Part shown: in pieces, positions 48,084 through 57,743 of the stretch
Numbering within the stretch: the stretch's first letter is position 1
How the letters are laid out: each line of letters opens with the position of its first letter
From: Cyanobacteriota bacterium
Lineage (GTDB): Bacteria; Cyanobacteriota; Cyanobacteriia; PCC-6307; Cyanobiaceae
Assembly: GCA_046052125.1 (NCBI GenBank)
Contig: JBJOMY010000001.1
Location: 256,001-320,000 of the forward strand
DNA length: 64,000 bases
Direction: 5' to 3'
Position numbers and translations under genes: made by a program
The notes under the pieces: generated by a model
Told to the model about the DNA's origin: nothing
What the model saw: only the letters and a program-made list of their open reading frames with translations
Databases searched by the model: none

Positions 48084-49786
48084 GCCCAGGCCACCCTGAA
48101 GCCGGATCTGCCGTGTCGACCACCACCTTCGCGGAGTTCGCGCAACGGGCCGACTATTCGCTGCTGGAGACGCTGCAGCCGGATCCCAAGGCCACCAGCG
48201 ATGGCCAGGACCATCAGCCGCGCCAGGTGTTCTCGGGGCACTACGTGCCGGTCAAGCCCACGCCGATTCCGGCGCCGGAATACGTGGCCCACAGCCGCAT
48301 CTTGTTTGCCGAGCTGGGGCTGAGCGACTCACTCGTACACGACGACGCGTTCCAGCGGCTGTTCTCCGGCGACAGCAGCGTGGCCACCGGGCCGATGCGG
48401 CCGTTTGGCTGGGCCACCGGTTACGCCCTCTCGATCTACGGCACCGAATACATCCAGCAGTGCCCCTTCGGCACGGGCAACGGCTATGGCGACGGCCGGG
48501 CCATCTCGATCTTTGAAGGACTGTTTGAAGGCCAACGCTGGGAACTGCAGCTCAAAGGAGGTGGCCCCACCCCCTACTGCCGCGGCGCCGATGGCCGCGC
48601 TGTGCTGCGCTCCAGCGTGCGCGAGTTTCTGGCCCAGGAGTTCATGCACGCCCTGGGGGTTCCCAGCTCCCGCTCGCTCACGCTCTACATGTCGCGCGCC
48701 GAAGCGGTGCGGCGGCCCTGGTATTCGCCCAACTCCCGCTCGTTCGATCCCGATGTGATGGTCGACAACCCAGCGGCGATCACCACACGGGTGGCGCCCT
48801 CGTTCCTGCGGGTGGGGCAGCTGGAGTTGTTTGCACGCCGGGCCCGCAGCAATGGCCATGCCGCCGCCTTGCGCGAGCTGCAGATGATCACGGCCCATCT
48901 GATCGAGCGCAACTACCGCTCGCAGATCAATGCGTCTCTGCCCTTCCACGAGCAGGTGCTGGAGCTGGCCCGCTTGTTCCGCGAGCGGCTCACCACTCTG
49001 GTGGCGAACTGGATGCGCGTGGGCTACTGCCAGGGCAACTTCAACAGCGACAACTGCGCCGCCGGTGGCTACACCCTCGATTACGGCCCCTTCGGCTTCT
49101 GCGAGCTGTTCGACCCACGCTTCCAGCCCTGGACCGGTGGCGGGGAGCACTTCTGCTTCTTCAACCAACCGGCGGCCGCTGAGGTGAATTACGGGATGTT
49201 CGTGAAATCGCTGCGGCCCCTGCTGGAAGGCGACAGCGAGGCCATGGCCGAACTGGATGCGATCCAAAGCGGCTTTGCCGAAGCCATGGCACAGGCGATG
49301 GAGACGATGTGGGCCAGCAAGCTCGGACTACCCCGCTACGACGGCGAGCTGATGCAGGAGTTTCTGCAGCTGCTGGTGAATTCCAGGGCTGATTACACGA
49401 TCTTCTTCCGCCGCCTGTCAGAGATCCCCGAGCAGCTGGAACCCCTCAAGGAGAGCTTCTATCTGCCCAGCTCAGAGGAGCTCGATGCGCAGTGGAGCAG
49501 CTGGCTGGTGCGCTGGAGGGAGGCGATCAAGTCGAACGGCAACCTTGAGGAGACATCCGCTGCGATGAAGCGGGTGAACCCCGCAATCACCTGGCGCGAA
49601 TGGCTGATCGCTCCCGCCTACGAACGAGCGGCCCAGGGCGACACCCAGCTGATCCAGGAACTGCAGGCGCTGTTCAGCGATCCCTACAGCGACTGCCCCC
49701 CAGAGCTGGCCGCCAAATACGACCGGCTCAAACCCCGCGAGTTCTTCAACGCAGGAGGCGTGTCGCACTACAGCTGTTCGTCGTGA
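48080..49786 (+). CDS. SelO/YdiU protein adenylyltransferase (alternative start 48113)
   Basis: [44 protein letters not shown]-terminal SCSS. Confidence 0.92.
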   Translation: MSPGHPEAGSAVSTTTFAEFAQRADYSLLETLQPDPKATSDGQDHQPRQVFSGHYVPVKPTPIPAPEYVAHSRILFAELGLSDSLVHDDAFQRLFSGDSSVATGPMRPFGWATGYALSIYGTEYIQQCPFGTGNGYGDGRAISIFEGLFEGQRWELQLKGGGPTPYCRGADGRAVLRSSVREFLAQEFMHALGVPSSRSLTLYMSRAEAVRRPWYSPNSRSFDPDVMVDNPAAITTRVAPSFLRVGQLELFARRARSNGHAAALRELQMITAHLIERNYRSQINASLPFHEQVLELARLFRERLTTLVANWMRVGYCQGNFNSDNCAAGGYTLDYGPFGFCELFDPRFQPWTGGGEHFCFFNQPAAAEVNYGMFVKSLRPLLEGDSEAMAELDAIQSGFAEAMAQAMETMWASKLGLPRYDGELMQEFLQLLVNSRADYTIFFRRLSEIPEQLEPLKESFYLPSSEELDAQWSSWLVRWREAIKSNGNLEETSAAMKRVNPAITWREWLIAPAYERAAQGDTQLIQELQALFSDPYSDCPPELAAKYDRLKPREFFNAGGVSHYSCSS

Positions 49787-49790
49787 AGCA

Positions 49791-50612
49791 TCAACCGAGC
49801 ATGCGCATTCGCACAAGTGAATCCCACAAACGCGTGGGCATGAGCCGCTGCACGAGCACCGCCTCAGATTCGCTGCCGCAGCGGTAGCGGGGATTGGGAT
49901 CGCTGGCCTGTAGAGCAGCTGCGATGGTGCGAGCCACCACCTCAGGCTCTGAGCCCCTGCGGAATCCATCGGCCCAGCCGGCGGCAACCCGCCGCATCAT
50001 CGAACCCCAAACAGGGTCGAGCCCTTCGCGCTGCATGGCATCAGCCGTAACGCCCTCAAAGCCGGTGCGGATCAAGCCGGGCTCCACCAGCACCACGTGA
50101 ACGCCGAACTGGTGCAGCTCCAGGCGCAGGGCATCACTGATCGCCTCCACGGCGTGCTTGCTCGCGCCATACCAACCGGCCCCGGGTGTCACGAAGCGGC
50201 CGGCGATGGAGGAGAGGTTCACGATGCAGCCGCGGCGCCGTTCGCGCATCGCCGGCAGCAGCAGCTGGGTGAGGCCCACCAGGCCGAACACATTCACTTC
50301 AAACATGGCTCGGGCCCGATCGAGAGCCATTGTTTCCACCGGGCCCACATCGCCATAGCCGGCGTTGTTCACCAACGCATCGAGCGCGCCGACGCGTTCG
50401 CTAATGGCATGAGCAAGCGCATCGCGTGAGCTCGGGTCGACCAAATCCAGGGGGAAGATCTCAGCGCCGCGGCTGCGCAGCGGCTCCATCGCTTCAACCC
50501 GGCGCGCTGCAGCCAACACGCGCCAGCCCTGATCGATCAGGCGATGGGCCGTGGCCAAGCCAATGCCGCTGGAGGCACCGGTGATCAACACACTGCGGCG
50601 GGCGTCAGCCAT
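49791..50612 (-). CDS. Short-chain dehydrogenase/reductase
   Basis: ITGASSGIG, NNAG, YGASK. Confidence 0.92.
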   Translation of the reverse strand: MADARRSVLITGASSGIGLATAHRLIDQGWRVLAAARRVEAMEPLRSRGAEIFPLDLVDPSSRDALAHAISERVGALDALVNNAGYGDVGPVETMALDRARAMFEVNVFGLVGLTQLLLPAMRERRRGCIVNLSSIAGRFVTPGAGWYGASKHAVEAISDALRLELHQFGVHVVLVEPGLIRTGFEGVTADAMQREGLDPVWGSMMRRVAAGWADGFRRGSEPEVVARTIAAALQASDPNPRYRCGSESEAVLVQRLMPTRLWDSLVRMRMLG

Positions 50613-50696
50613 CGGATTCCAAGCGACGGTTGCACTGTGGCGGATGAAGACTGCAGCTAGGGTCAAAAACGAGGCAACCCCTGCGCGACAGAGCCT

Positions 50697-51509
50697 GTGA
50701 ACAGCAATCAGGGCTGTCTTCTGCTGGTGGGCCTGGTGGTGGGGTTGCCGATCCTGATGGCGCTCTGGCCGCTTGTGGTTGTGGTGGGCGTGTTGGGCCT
50801 GGTGGTGTGGGTCGTGCAGATCTACAGCCAACAAGTCACCGCGCTGGAATTGAAGAACTGGAATTCCAGGCACGGGCAGGCCATCTGCCGCTGGAAGAAC
50901 CAGCACGGTGTGATTCAGGAGCTAGTGGGCAGCCAACAGATCCTGGAACTGAAGGTGTCGCTGCTCGATCAAGACAGCGGCCGCGCCATGTTGGTCGACG
51001 AGCAGATCAAGCTGGCACCTGCGCCTGGAGCAGGGTTATGTTCGGCCCGAGACATCACAACACGCCTCGAGCGAACCGGCATTGAACTGATCGGCGAGCT
51101 TTCGGTGGAAGCCAAAGCGATGCGAACTGCCCTGCAGTGTGTTGAGGAAATTCTCTGGAGCAGCCATGCCCTCGAGGATTTGCAGCAAATGGGGCGAGAC
51201 GCAGAGCACACGATCACGATCGCGCCGGGAAATGAACTGCTGGAGCCAGCCATTCCACAGCTGCTGAAAGCCAAAGCGAATGTGGAACGTGAAATCGAGC
51301 TGATTCAGAACGCCGTTCGCGAGAGCAGCGCGATGTTGAACGACCTGGGGGAGTTTCTTTCCGTGCCTGCGAGCATCAGACCTGTACTCAACTTCGACCC
51401 CACAACGAGGCACCGGCCCGAGCGGCTGCAGGAATTACAAGCCTCGTTCGAGGAGGTGGTGCTACTGAATCAGGTGTATCGCGAGCTATCCGAAAACAAG
51501 CTGATCTGA
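50697..51509 (+). CDS. Hypothetical membrane-anchored protein with helical C-terminus
   Basis: N-terminal hydrophobic hairpin; 270-aa ORF. Confidence 0.7.
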   Translation: MNSNQGCLLLVGLVVGLPILMALWPLVVVVGVLGLVVWVVQIYSQQVTALELKNWNSRHGQAICRWKNQHGVIQELVGSQQILELKVSLLDQDSGRAMLVDEQIKLAPAPGAGLCSARDITTRLERTGIELIGELSVEAKAMRTALQCVEEILWSSHALEDLQQMGRDAEHTITIAPGNELLEPAIPQLLKAKANVEREIELIQNAVRESSAMLNDLGEFLSVPASIRPVLNFDPTTRHRPERLQELQASFEEVVLLNQVYRELSENKLI

Positions 51510-51518
51510 AGCAGGCTC

Positions 51519-52304
51519 ATGACTATCTTGAAACGTTGGATACTGATTCTTTTGGGGGTTGCAGGCGCCAGCAGCCTTGCCCTCATGGCGGTCTTTCCAG
51601 GGCCTAGAAGCATGATCGCGTTCACTCTGCTTACAGGAATTGGACGCGACCAGTTCCAAGCCATCATCGACGAACTGGAAAACAATGCTATTCAGAACAA
51701 GGAACCGACGAAGCATCAACGCGAATTCTTAGAACACTTTTACTGGACCCTCGCCGAAGGAGGAAAGCTGAGTGGCTTCGCACGACAGTCTGGCGAGCTG
51801 ATGAGCCACTACCTCAACAGAAGCGGCGTTGATTTCAAGCTCAACAGAACGATATTTACCGACAATTCCAACGTGATGCTTCAGGCCCACCTGATCAAGG
51901 GAAAGATTAGTGCTGCGCAGTGCCCCAATAATCAGGTGTTCAAAACAGATGAGTTCTACATGCCACACCCGTCCAGCCCCGACAGCGTATTTGGCCTGTA
52001 TTACGGCACATTGGAGGCACGCACCCATCGAGCAGGCTCTGATTGCGAAATCCACTGGAGAGCAGAAGTTCCCTGGATCTGGCCCAGTTACACAGACATC
52101 ACGAAGAAAACAGGAACACCCCATGGCGAGAGCTTCCCACTTCCGAGCCTTCGCTCCATCCTACTAGGAATCGACCATTCTCTCTATGTCGACAACGGCC
52201 TTGGTCGCTATATTGAAGACCACGGACTAGCAAAAAGATTTGTCGCATATGGCGAATGGCATGACAAGGAAAGCCTCCAGGAACTGCCACAGCCTGGCAA
52301 CTAA
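51519..52304 (+). CDS. Hypothetical exported/membrane-anchored protein
   Basis: 261-aa ORF, N-terminal TM, AT-richer codons. Confidence 0.65.
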   Translation: MTILKRWILILLGVAGASSLALMAVFPGPRSMIAFTLLTGIGRDQFQAIIDELENNAIQNKEPTKHQREFLEHFYWTLAEGGKLSGFARQSGELMSHYLNRSGVDFKLNRTIFTDNSNVMLQAHLIKGKISAAQCPNNQVFKTDEFYMPHPSSPDSVFGLYYGTLEARTHRAGSDCEIHWRAEVPWIWPSYTDITKKTGTPHGESFPLPSLRSILLGIDHSLYVDNGLGRYIEDHGLAKRFVAYGEWHDKESLQELPQPGN

Positions 52305-53091
52305 GCAGCCAGCGCACGATGAAAGCTACTGGGGCAAGCACCTGAAAACGCTCCTCAGCCGCATCAACCGACCCTATCCCAAAACACAATTTCCCGAATC
52401 TTTAAGCATTCTCCAGAAAAGACGCCTTGGCTGCTCCATCGCGATATTTCAAGCTGGAGAAGCTGGGGAGGGACGCCTAGCACGAGAAATCAACGGATTC
52501 AAGACTCCCTACATCGACGAGACCTATCGAGAGGCGTGTCGACTCTTTGTTGCGGAAGAAGGAAGACATGGAAGGATTCTTGATGACATGCTCAAGGAAT
52601 TAGATACGACGAGAAAGCGTGACAGCCGAACAGAACATTTATTTATCCATGCCAGGAGGCTTGCTGGCATTCGCATCAAGCTTCTTGTTCTACTTCTAGC
52701 GGAACTGGTGGGATTTTCTTACTATTCGGCACTCGTCAATCTACTGGATGAGTGCCCAGCGAAAGGCGCCTTATCCGAGATACGGGACGACGAGCACGAC
52801 CATTTGCGATTTCATCTGGACTTTTTTAGGTGCATGAGCAGGCACAGCGGCATAGCCGGTGCGCTTAGCGCGCTTCTTTGCTTAGTCATTGGATTGAGCA
52901 GCTTTGCTTTAGTTGCAGCGGAACATCGAGCAGCACTGGCCTGTATGGGTGGTAATGCGTGGGGTTTTGCTTTAGAAGGCTGGCGGCGCGTAGTCTCCTT
53001 AAGCTTTTTAATTCTCCCAATATCAAGCACTCATTCCATGGCTGGCGAGAAATGGTTGGAGTCCATTCAGACATCCAACACCAACCCTTAA
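52240..53091 (+). CDS. Ferritin-like diiron-carboxylate protein (start uncertain)
   Basis: FQAGE, EEGRH, AELVG..YY, DEHDH paired ExxH motifs. Confidence 0.7.
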   Translation: MSHMANGMTRKASRNCHSLATKQPAHDESYWGKHLKTLLSRINRPYPKTQFPESLSILQKRRLGCSIAIFQAGEAGEGRLAREINGFKTPYIDETYREACRLFVAEEGRHGRILDDMLKELDTTRKRDSRTEHLFIHARRLAGIRIKLLVLLLAELVGFSYYSALVNLLDECPAKGALSEIRDDEHDHLRFHLDFFRCMSRHSGIAGALSALLCLVIGLSSFALVAAEHRAALACMGGNAWGFALEGWRRVVSLSFLILPISSTHSMAGEKWLESIQTSNTNP

Positions 53092-53192
53092 CCCAATACC
53101 ATCAGATCAGAAATGGATGCCTGGCATCTGAAAACTGAATTGTTATTGGGATGGGGACCCATCAGTGATCCACCACAGACAACAGCTCAACA

Positions 53193-53632
53193 GTGGCAAT
53201 CTTTCCTGTTCTGGTGATCGTGCATGCCCTGGCGGCCACGGTGTGGACCGGCGGGCACCTGGTGCTGGATCTGCGGGTGTTGCCCAGAGCACTCAAGGAG
53301 CAGAGCGCCCAGGCCATCCGTGACTTCGAAGAGCTGTTTGAACCCCTCGCCCTCACGGCCTTGGCGATTCAGGTGATTACGGGCCTGTGGATGGGCTCGA
53401 TGTACCTCCCTGACTAACAGGGCTTGTTCCACCCAGCAACCCAATCGTGATCATTATCGGTACCAAGCTCGTGCTGCTCGGCGGCACCGCAGTATTAGCC
53501 GTGCATGCGCATCTGTGCTTGATCCCCCAGCTTAGCGACAGCAAAATCAGCGGGCTGGTCTGGCATAACCACGCAATCACGGCATTGGCGATTGCGTTTG
53601 TGGTTGTGGGTGGGCTGATCCGAGTGGGTTGA
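53193..53632 (+). pseudogene. CopD-like membrane protein, disrupted
   Basis: HALAATVWTGGH N-terminus; in-frame TAA at 53415 and a frameshift near 53432; C-terminal half (TKL..HAH) is in another frame. Confidence 0.7.
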
Positions 53633-54090
53633 GAGAGGCGAATTAGCTCTGCACCAGTACGGGAAGAGGAAGCTCAACGCGCTAACACAGGGCCAATCGT
53701 GGGATTACAGAGAAGGGAAGTGAGCACCCCCACCTTCACCCAGAGGGAGATGCGCCGACGATGCGTGAACCCCACAGTGAACTCGGTGATGTGGCGCAGA
53801 CATCGCCCCGTAGCCGCAAGAGCAAGACGCCGCCTTGGATACCTTGATTGATGATCCACAGGGCTGCATAACCCTGACTGAGATAACAACTGCTGCGCTC
53901 AAGCCTCGAGCATCTCTCAGCAGAGACGTGAACGCTTTCCTTGCCTGCCAGGTCCTAAATAGGTGAATCGTGAAACCGACCGACACCAGAGCAAGTCGAC
54001 CACGAGATGCCAGCGGTGAACACTTGCAACCGGTGCCAAGGCGCTCATTAAGGGCGCCTTGTTTGATAATGGGCATCCAGTGGTGGGTTG

Positions 54091-54249
54091 ATGCCTTCTC
54101 TTCTTTCCACCATCACCGCAGCAGCTCTATTGGCGCCAGCCAATCCACTGATGATCCCCGCCAAAAACGGCAACACCTGCCCTGGCGGCACCAGCTACGC
54201 CGGTGCGGGCTATTGCAAAGTGCGCTATCGAGCGAGTCAATCCCGGTGA
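54091..54249 (+). CDS. Single-repeat paralogue of the secreted Cys-repeat peptide (52 aa)
   Basis: MPSLLSTITAAALLAPANPLMIPAKNGNTCPGGTSYAGAGYCKVRYRASQSR. Confidence 0.6.
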   Translation: MPSLLSTITAAALLAPANPLMIPAKNGNTCPGGTSYAGAGYCKVRYRASQSR

Positions 54250-54895
54250 TCAGCGATCGCTATAGCGGGGCCTTGCGCGGGACAGAGGAGCTCCACCGCG
54301 ACCAGCGCCGCAAGTGCAAAGGTGTGCCTTACATCTCCCACCAGATCAGCATCAGCGCCCTGGTATGCGAAGACAGCGGCACAAAAGATCAGCCATCGCC
54401 GCCTGGCTGCGCATCGCCATTGAGGACGCCTGCCAGAGCTCTGGCTCTATTGCCGAACGCTTCGGAGAAGCCGTGGCCGATATTGTGCGCGAATGCACTG
54501 ACACCAGCGACAACGCACCACCGGGCGAGAAGGAACCGTGGCTACTGCGTAATACACTCAACATCGTCTCACTCGAGCACAAGCCCGAGGCCTTGCTGTT
54601 GGTGAAGGCCGCCGACAAGGCCCACAACGCCGGCGACATGGTGCTCGAGGCGCGGCGCGATCCCGCTTTGTAGAGCAAGTTCAACGCCGGGATTGGGGGA
54701 TCGCCCAGGTATCTGCTGCGGATCTACCAACAACTTCAACACCAGCTGCCTCAGAGCCGTTCGGTGGGACGGCTGGGAGAAGCCGTGAGTGGAATCCTCT
54801 CGATGGGCGGCTTCAAGAAGGGCCTAGTGCCAAAGAGGTTCGCCCCAGCTGTGTGGGCAGCGGGGTACGCAGACCGCATCGGGACGCAGGAGTGA
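54230..54895 (+). pseudogene. HD hydrolase pseudogene
   Basis: Frameshift near 54390; HD replaced by RI; TGG>TAG at 54671. Confidence 0.85.
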
Positions 54896-55390
54896 TTCCC
54901 CTGTCATTAGCTCTGGCAGCCGCTGCCCTAGTGGCCCAAACCCATCCCCGCCACCGTGGTGTCCATCGGCGACGGCGACACCCTGCGCGTGCGCGAAGGC
55001 AACCGCACCCTGAATGTGCGCCTGGCCTGCATCGATGCCCCCGAAACCAGCCAGGCGCCCCATGGCGCCAATGCCCGAACCCAACTTCAGGCCCTGGCCC
55101 CGCTCGGCTCCAGCGTGGAGCTGCGCATCCAAGCCACCGACCGCTACGGCCGCTCCGTCGCCGAACTGAGCCGCAACGGCCGCAACCTCAACCAAGCCCT
55201 GGTGGCCTCGGGCGCCTCCTTTGTGTACTGGCAGTACATCGCCGGCTGCGACCGCCAGACCTACAGCCGCCTCGAATCCCAGGCCCGCCTGCGGGGACTC
55301 GGGGTATGGAGCGTGCCCGGCGGGGTGCGTCGGCCGTGGGATTTCAGGGCAGGGAACCGGCGCCCGAAGACCACCGGTGTTGCTCAGTGA
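54892..55390 (+). pseudogene. Thermonuclease copy, frameshifted after the signal peptide and lacking the Excalibur domain
   Basis: One extra base near 54945 relative to copy 1; catalytic region open 54956-55390. Confidence 0.75.
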
Positions 55391-55450
55391 CTCAAACAAT
55401 CCACCCTGCCAACGGCCAGTCCAGATAAATTTGAAAAGCCGTGGTTGTGA

Positions 55451-55699
55451 GTGCTCGTGACCACCATTGAGATCACCCTCCCAGACGCTCTCGCTGAAGA
55501 AGCCAAAGGTGCCGGCCTTCTCTCTGCCGAGGCCATCGAAGATCTCCTGCACACCAAGCTGATGGAAGACCGATTGACACGTCTTCAGCAGGCGCGAGAT
55601 CTGCTTTCAGCTCAGCCAGTGGAGGCGATGACCCAGCAGGAGATCAACGCCGAGATCAAGGCGTACCGCCAGGAACAGCGGTTTGCGGCTCGTTCTTGA
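55451..55699 (+). CDS. Putative antitoxin
   Basis: TIEITLPDALAEEAKGAGLL..EINAEIKAYR; overlaps the PIN gene start. Confidence 0.75.
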   Translation: MLVTTIEITLPDALAEEAKGAGLLSAEAIEDLLHTKLMEDRLTRLQQARDLLSAQPVEAMTQQEINAEIKAYRQEQRFAARS

Positions 55700-56067
55700 C
55701 ACCAACACTGCACTGTCAGGCCTGATCTGGCACGGTTCAACTGCTTTCCTCTGTGCCTTTGTTGGCGGAGCTAGAGGGAGTGCTGCAACGGCCAAAGTTT
55801 CGAGAGGCGATTCAGCGGCGTGGCGTAAAGGTGAGCGATCTCTTTGATGGCTATGCCGCGCTCGTGCGTTGTGTGGAACCGGCTGAATTGCCCAACCCCG
55901 TATGCCGTGATTCCGATGACGATCAGGTGCTGGCTGCAGCCATCAGCGGCAAGGCCGACCTGATCGTGTCTGGCGATGATGATCTCCTCGCGCTGCGCAG
56001 CTTTCAGGGGATTGAGATCGTGTCAGCAAGGCATGCCCTGACGCTGCTTGGTCTGGCCCAAAGCTGA
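55683..56067 (+). pseudogene. PIN-domain toxin, frameshifted by an apparent internal deletion
   Basis: TTG RLVLDTN..SGLIW in one frame; LLAEL..CRDSDDDQVL..IVSGDDDLL in another. Confidence 0.8.
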
Positions 56068-56308
56068 TCCATTGACTGCAAGCGGTGGCCATAGGGGCCA
56101 CGACGGCCAACGAGGGGAAAACAGCCTGGGAAAGATCTGATCCCTGGCCCGCAGCGTTGGCCAGTTGCGATGAGATTTCGTCCAACAGGCCCAGGCATGT
56201 CTCGACGCAGATGCGCATGAGGGAGTGTGCGAGCTGCAGCGTGGTTTGTCGGCCCGGCCCTCAGACAGGCGAAGTTGTGAAGCACGCCAGCTGGCCCAGA
56301 ATGAGTCG

Positions 56309-56656
56309 ATGGCCATCGTGAAAAACACACCGATCGAACAGCGCCTCGCGCAGATGGCGAGCGGGATCCAGCAGTTGATCCCAGCTGCTGAGGTTCGGCT
56401 TTTCGGCTCCCGGGCCCGCGGCGATGCACGCCCCGATTCCGATGTCGACCTGTTGATCACCGCCCCAGACGCTTGGCTTGCAAGTCGGGATCGCTTTGCT
56501 CTGCTGAGTGATCTCTGGGGGGCGGTTGCCCAACCCGATCTTTCGGTGGACCTGGTGCTGCATTCCACCAGCGAAGCGGCCCGCCGCGCGAAGGAACCGG
56601 GATCCCTAGTTCATGAGGCCATCCACGAAGGCGTTTTGCTCCATGGCAGCCCCTGA
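56309..56656 (+). CDS. Minimal nucleotidyltransferase (MNT) antitoxin
   Basis: LFGSRARG...DSDVDLL. Confidence 0.9.
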   Translation: MAIVKNTPIEQRLAQMASGIQQLIPAAEVRLFGSRARGDARPDSDVDLLITAPDAWLASRDRFALLSDLWGAVAQPDLSVDLVLHSTSEAARRAKEPGSLVHEAIHEGVLLHGSP

Positions 56657-57017
56657 AGCCGAGCGATTGCTGCGAGTAGCTCTCCGCGACCTGAAGATGG
56701 CCCGCCACCTGCTGGATCCCGAGGTGGATGAGGCCAGCTGGGGCTGGGCAACGCAACAGTGCCTTGAGAAAACTCTCAAAGCCTGGCTTCACGTCGTTGG
56801 GATCAAACCACCCCAAACCCACGATCTGGCGCGTCTTCTGATGCTGCTGGAAGAGGCCAACGTCGACATCTCCACTCTTCTGCCGCTTCGGGCTTTCACC
56901 GCCTTCGCAGTGCAGTTCCGCTACGACGACGAACCTGAGCTGCTCGGTTTGGAGCGCTCCGTTTGGACCGACCGCGCACAAGCCCTGATTGAAAACGTTC
57001 AGAGCCTGATCAGCTGA
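56643..57017 (+). CDS. HEPN domain protein
   Basis: QQCLEKTLKA, THDL, QFRY; overlaps MNT. Confidence 0.88.
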   Translation: MAAPEAERLLRVALRDLKMARHLLDPEVDEASWGWATQQCLEKTLKAWLHVVGIKPPQTHDLARLLMLLEEANVDISTLLPLRAFTAFAVQFRYDDEPELLGLERSVWTDRAQALIENVQSLIS

Positions 57018-57121
57018 AGCTTGAATCTCTACGGGCCTCCATGTGAATCCCGGTGAACACCAGTTGCCGGTGGCCCGCGGCCGATCGAGCCTGCTGGTGT
57101 CAGCCCGCCCGGTGGGAAGCC

Positions 57122-57361
57122 ATGCACAGCGCAGAGGCGTTACGCGATCGCTACCTCAAGCGAGAGAGCAGCCCCGGAGAGATCAACGCCATCGCCCGCA
57201 CCTATGCGGCGCTGCGCTCGATCCCCTTCCAGCAGGCGCTCGAGGAGGTGCACGACGGCATCGGGTTCGAACTCAGTGATGCCTCCCAGCAACCCTTCCC
57301 CTGGGGGGAGGTGAGCCGGTCGCTGGTGCCGCTGGGGCGCCAGTGGATCAACGGCGTTTGA
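57122..57361 (+). CDS. Small hypothetical protein
   Basis: 79-aa ORF with host-like GC3. Confidence 0.6.
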   Translation: MHSAEALRDRYLKRESSPGEINAIARTYAALRSIPFQQALEEVHDGIGFELSDASQQPFPWGEVSRSLVPLGRQWINGV

Positions 57362-57404
57362 GTTCGCGTACGGTGAGGCCACCGCAATGACGGGCAGGCC
57401 TCCG

Positions 57405-57662
57405 ATGAGCGACAGCCAAGGACTCACCATCGCTGAATTGGAGGCCAAATACTTTCTGTACCGCAAGGCCCTCAAGCAGTTGCTTCTGGAGGGCAGGCCC
57501 CCCGCCAACATCGAAAAAACGCTCTGTTGGAGCCGGCTCGAAACCCTCCACAACTGCCTGCCACGCCAATACAAATCCCCTGATCACATCCGCCATCAGT
57601 TGCGGCGGGAAATCGAGCGGGAACAGGGCGAAAGCCTCGAGCGCAGCACCGTGGCGCGCTGA
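57405..57662 (+). CDS. DUF3136-like protein
   Basis: LTIAELEAKY..YRKALK..TLCWSRLETLHNCLPRQYKSP. Confidence 0.8.
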   Translation: MSDSQGLTIAELEAKYFLYRKALKQLLLEGRPPANIEKTLCWSRLETLHNCLPRQYKSPDHIRHQLRREIEREQGESLERSTVAR

Positions 57663-57743
57663 TACCAGCGGACGTTCTGGCCTCCAGCGGAGGCCCGCTG
57701 CTGCGGGCCGGTGTCAGCGTGAGACCTGGCTGCGACCCGCCCG

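Larger units (their letters stand above)
54091..55345 (+). repeat. Copy 2 of the peptide-HD-SNase cassette
   Basis: Colinear with 30476-31815. Confidence 0.9.
22290..57020. other. Mosaic defence/accessory genomic island (approximate bounds)
   Basis: Clustered RM, GmrSD, helicase-nuclease and TA genes; pseudogenes; visibly AT-richer patches (26-27.8, 34.8-44, 51.5-53.2 kb); no integrase seen. Confidence 0.7.

Noticed and set aside
53640..54080. Possible gene or ncRNA in the long intergenic stretch
   Set aside because: ORFs lack motifs and codon bias; no convincing structure.
56070..56300. Possible minus-strand gene remnant between the TA pairs
   Set aside because: Cannot be assigned to any family by eye.
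43955..57032. Identical 12-mer TTGAATCTCTAC downstream of res (43955) and of HEPN (57021) as possible att sites
   Set aside because: 12-bp matches are expected by chance in 64 kb; no integrase or tRNA supports it.
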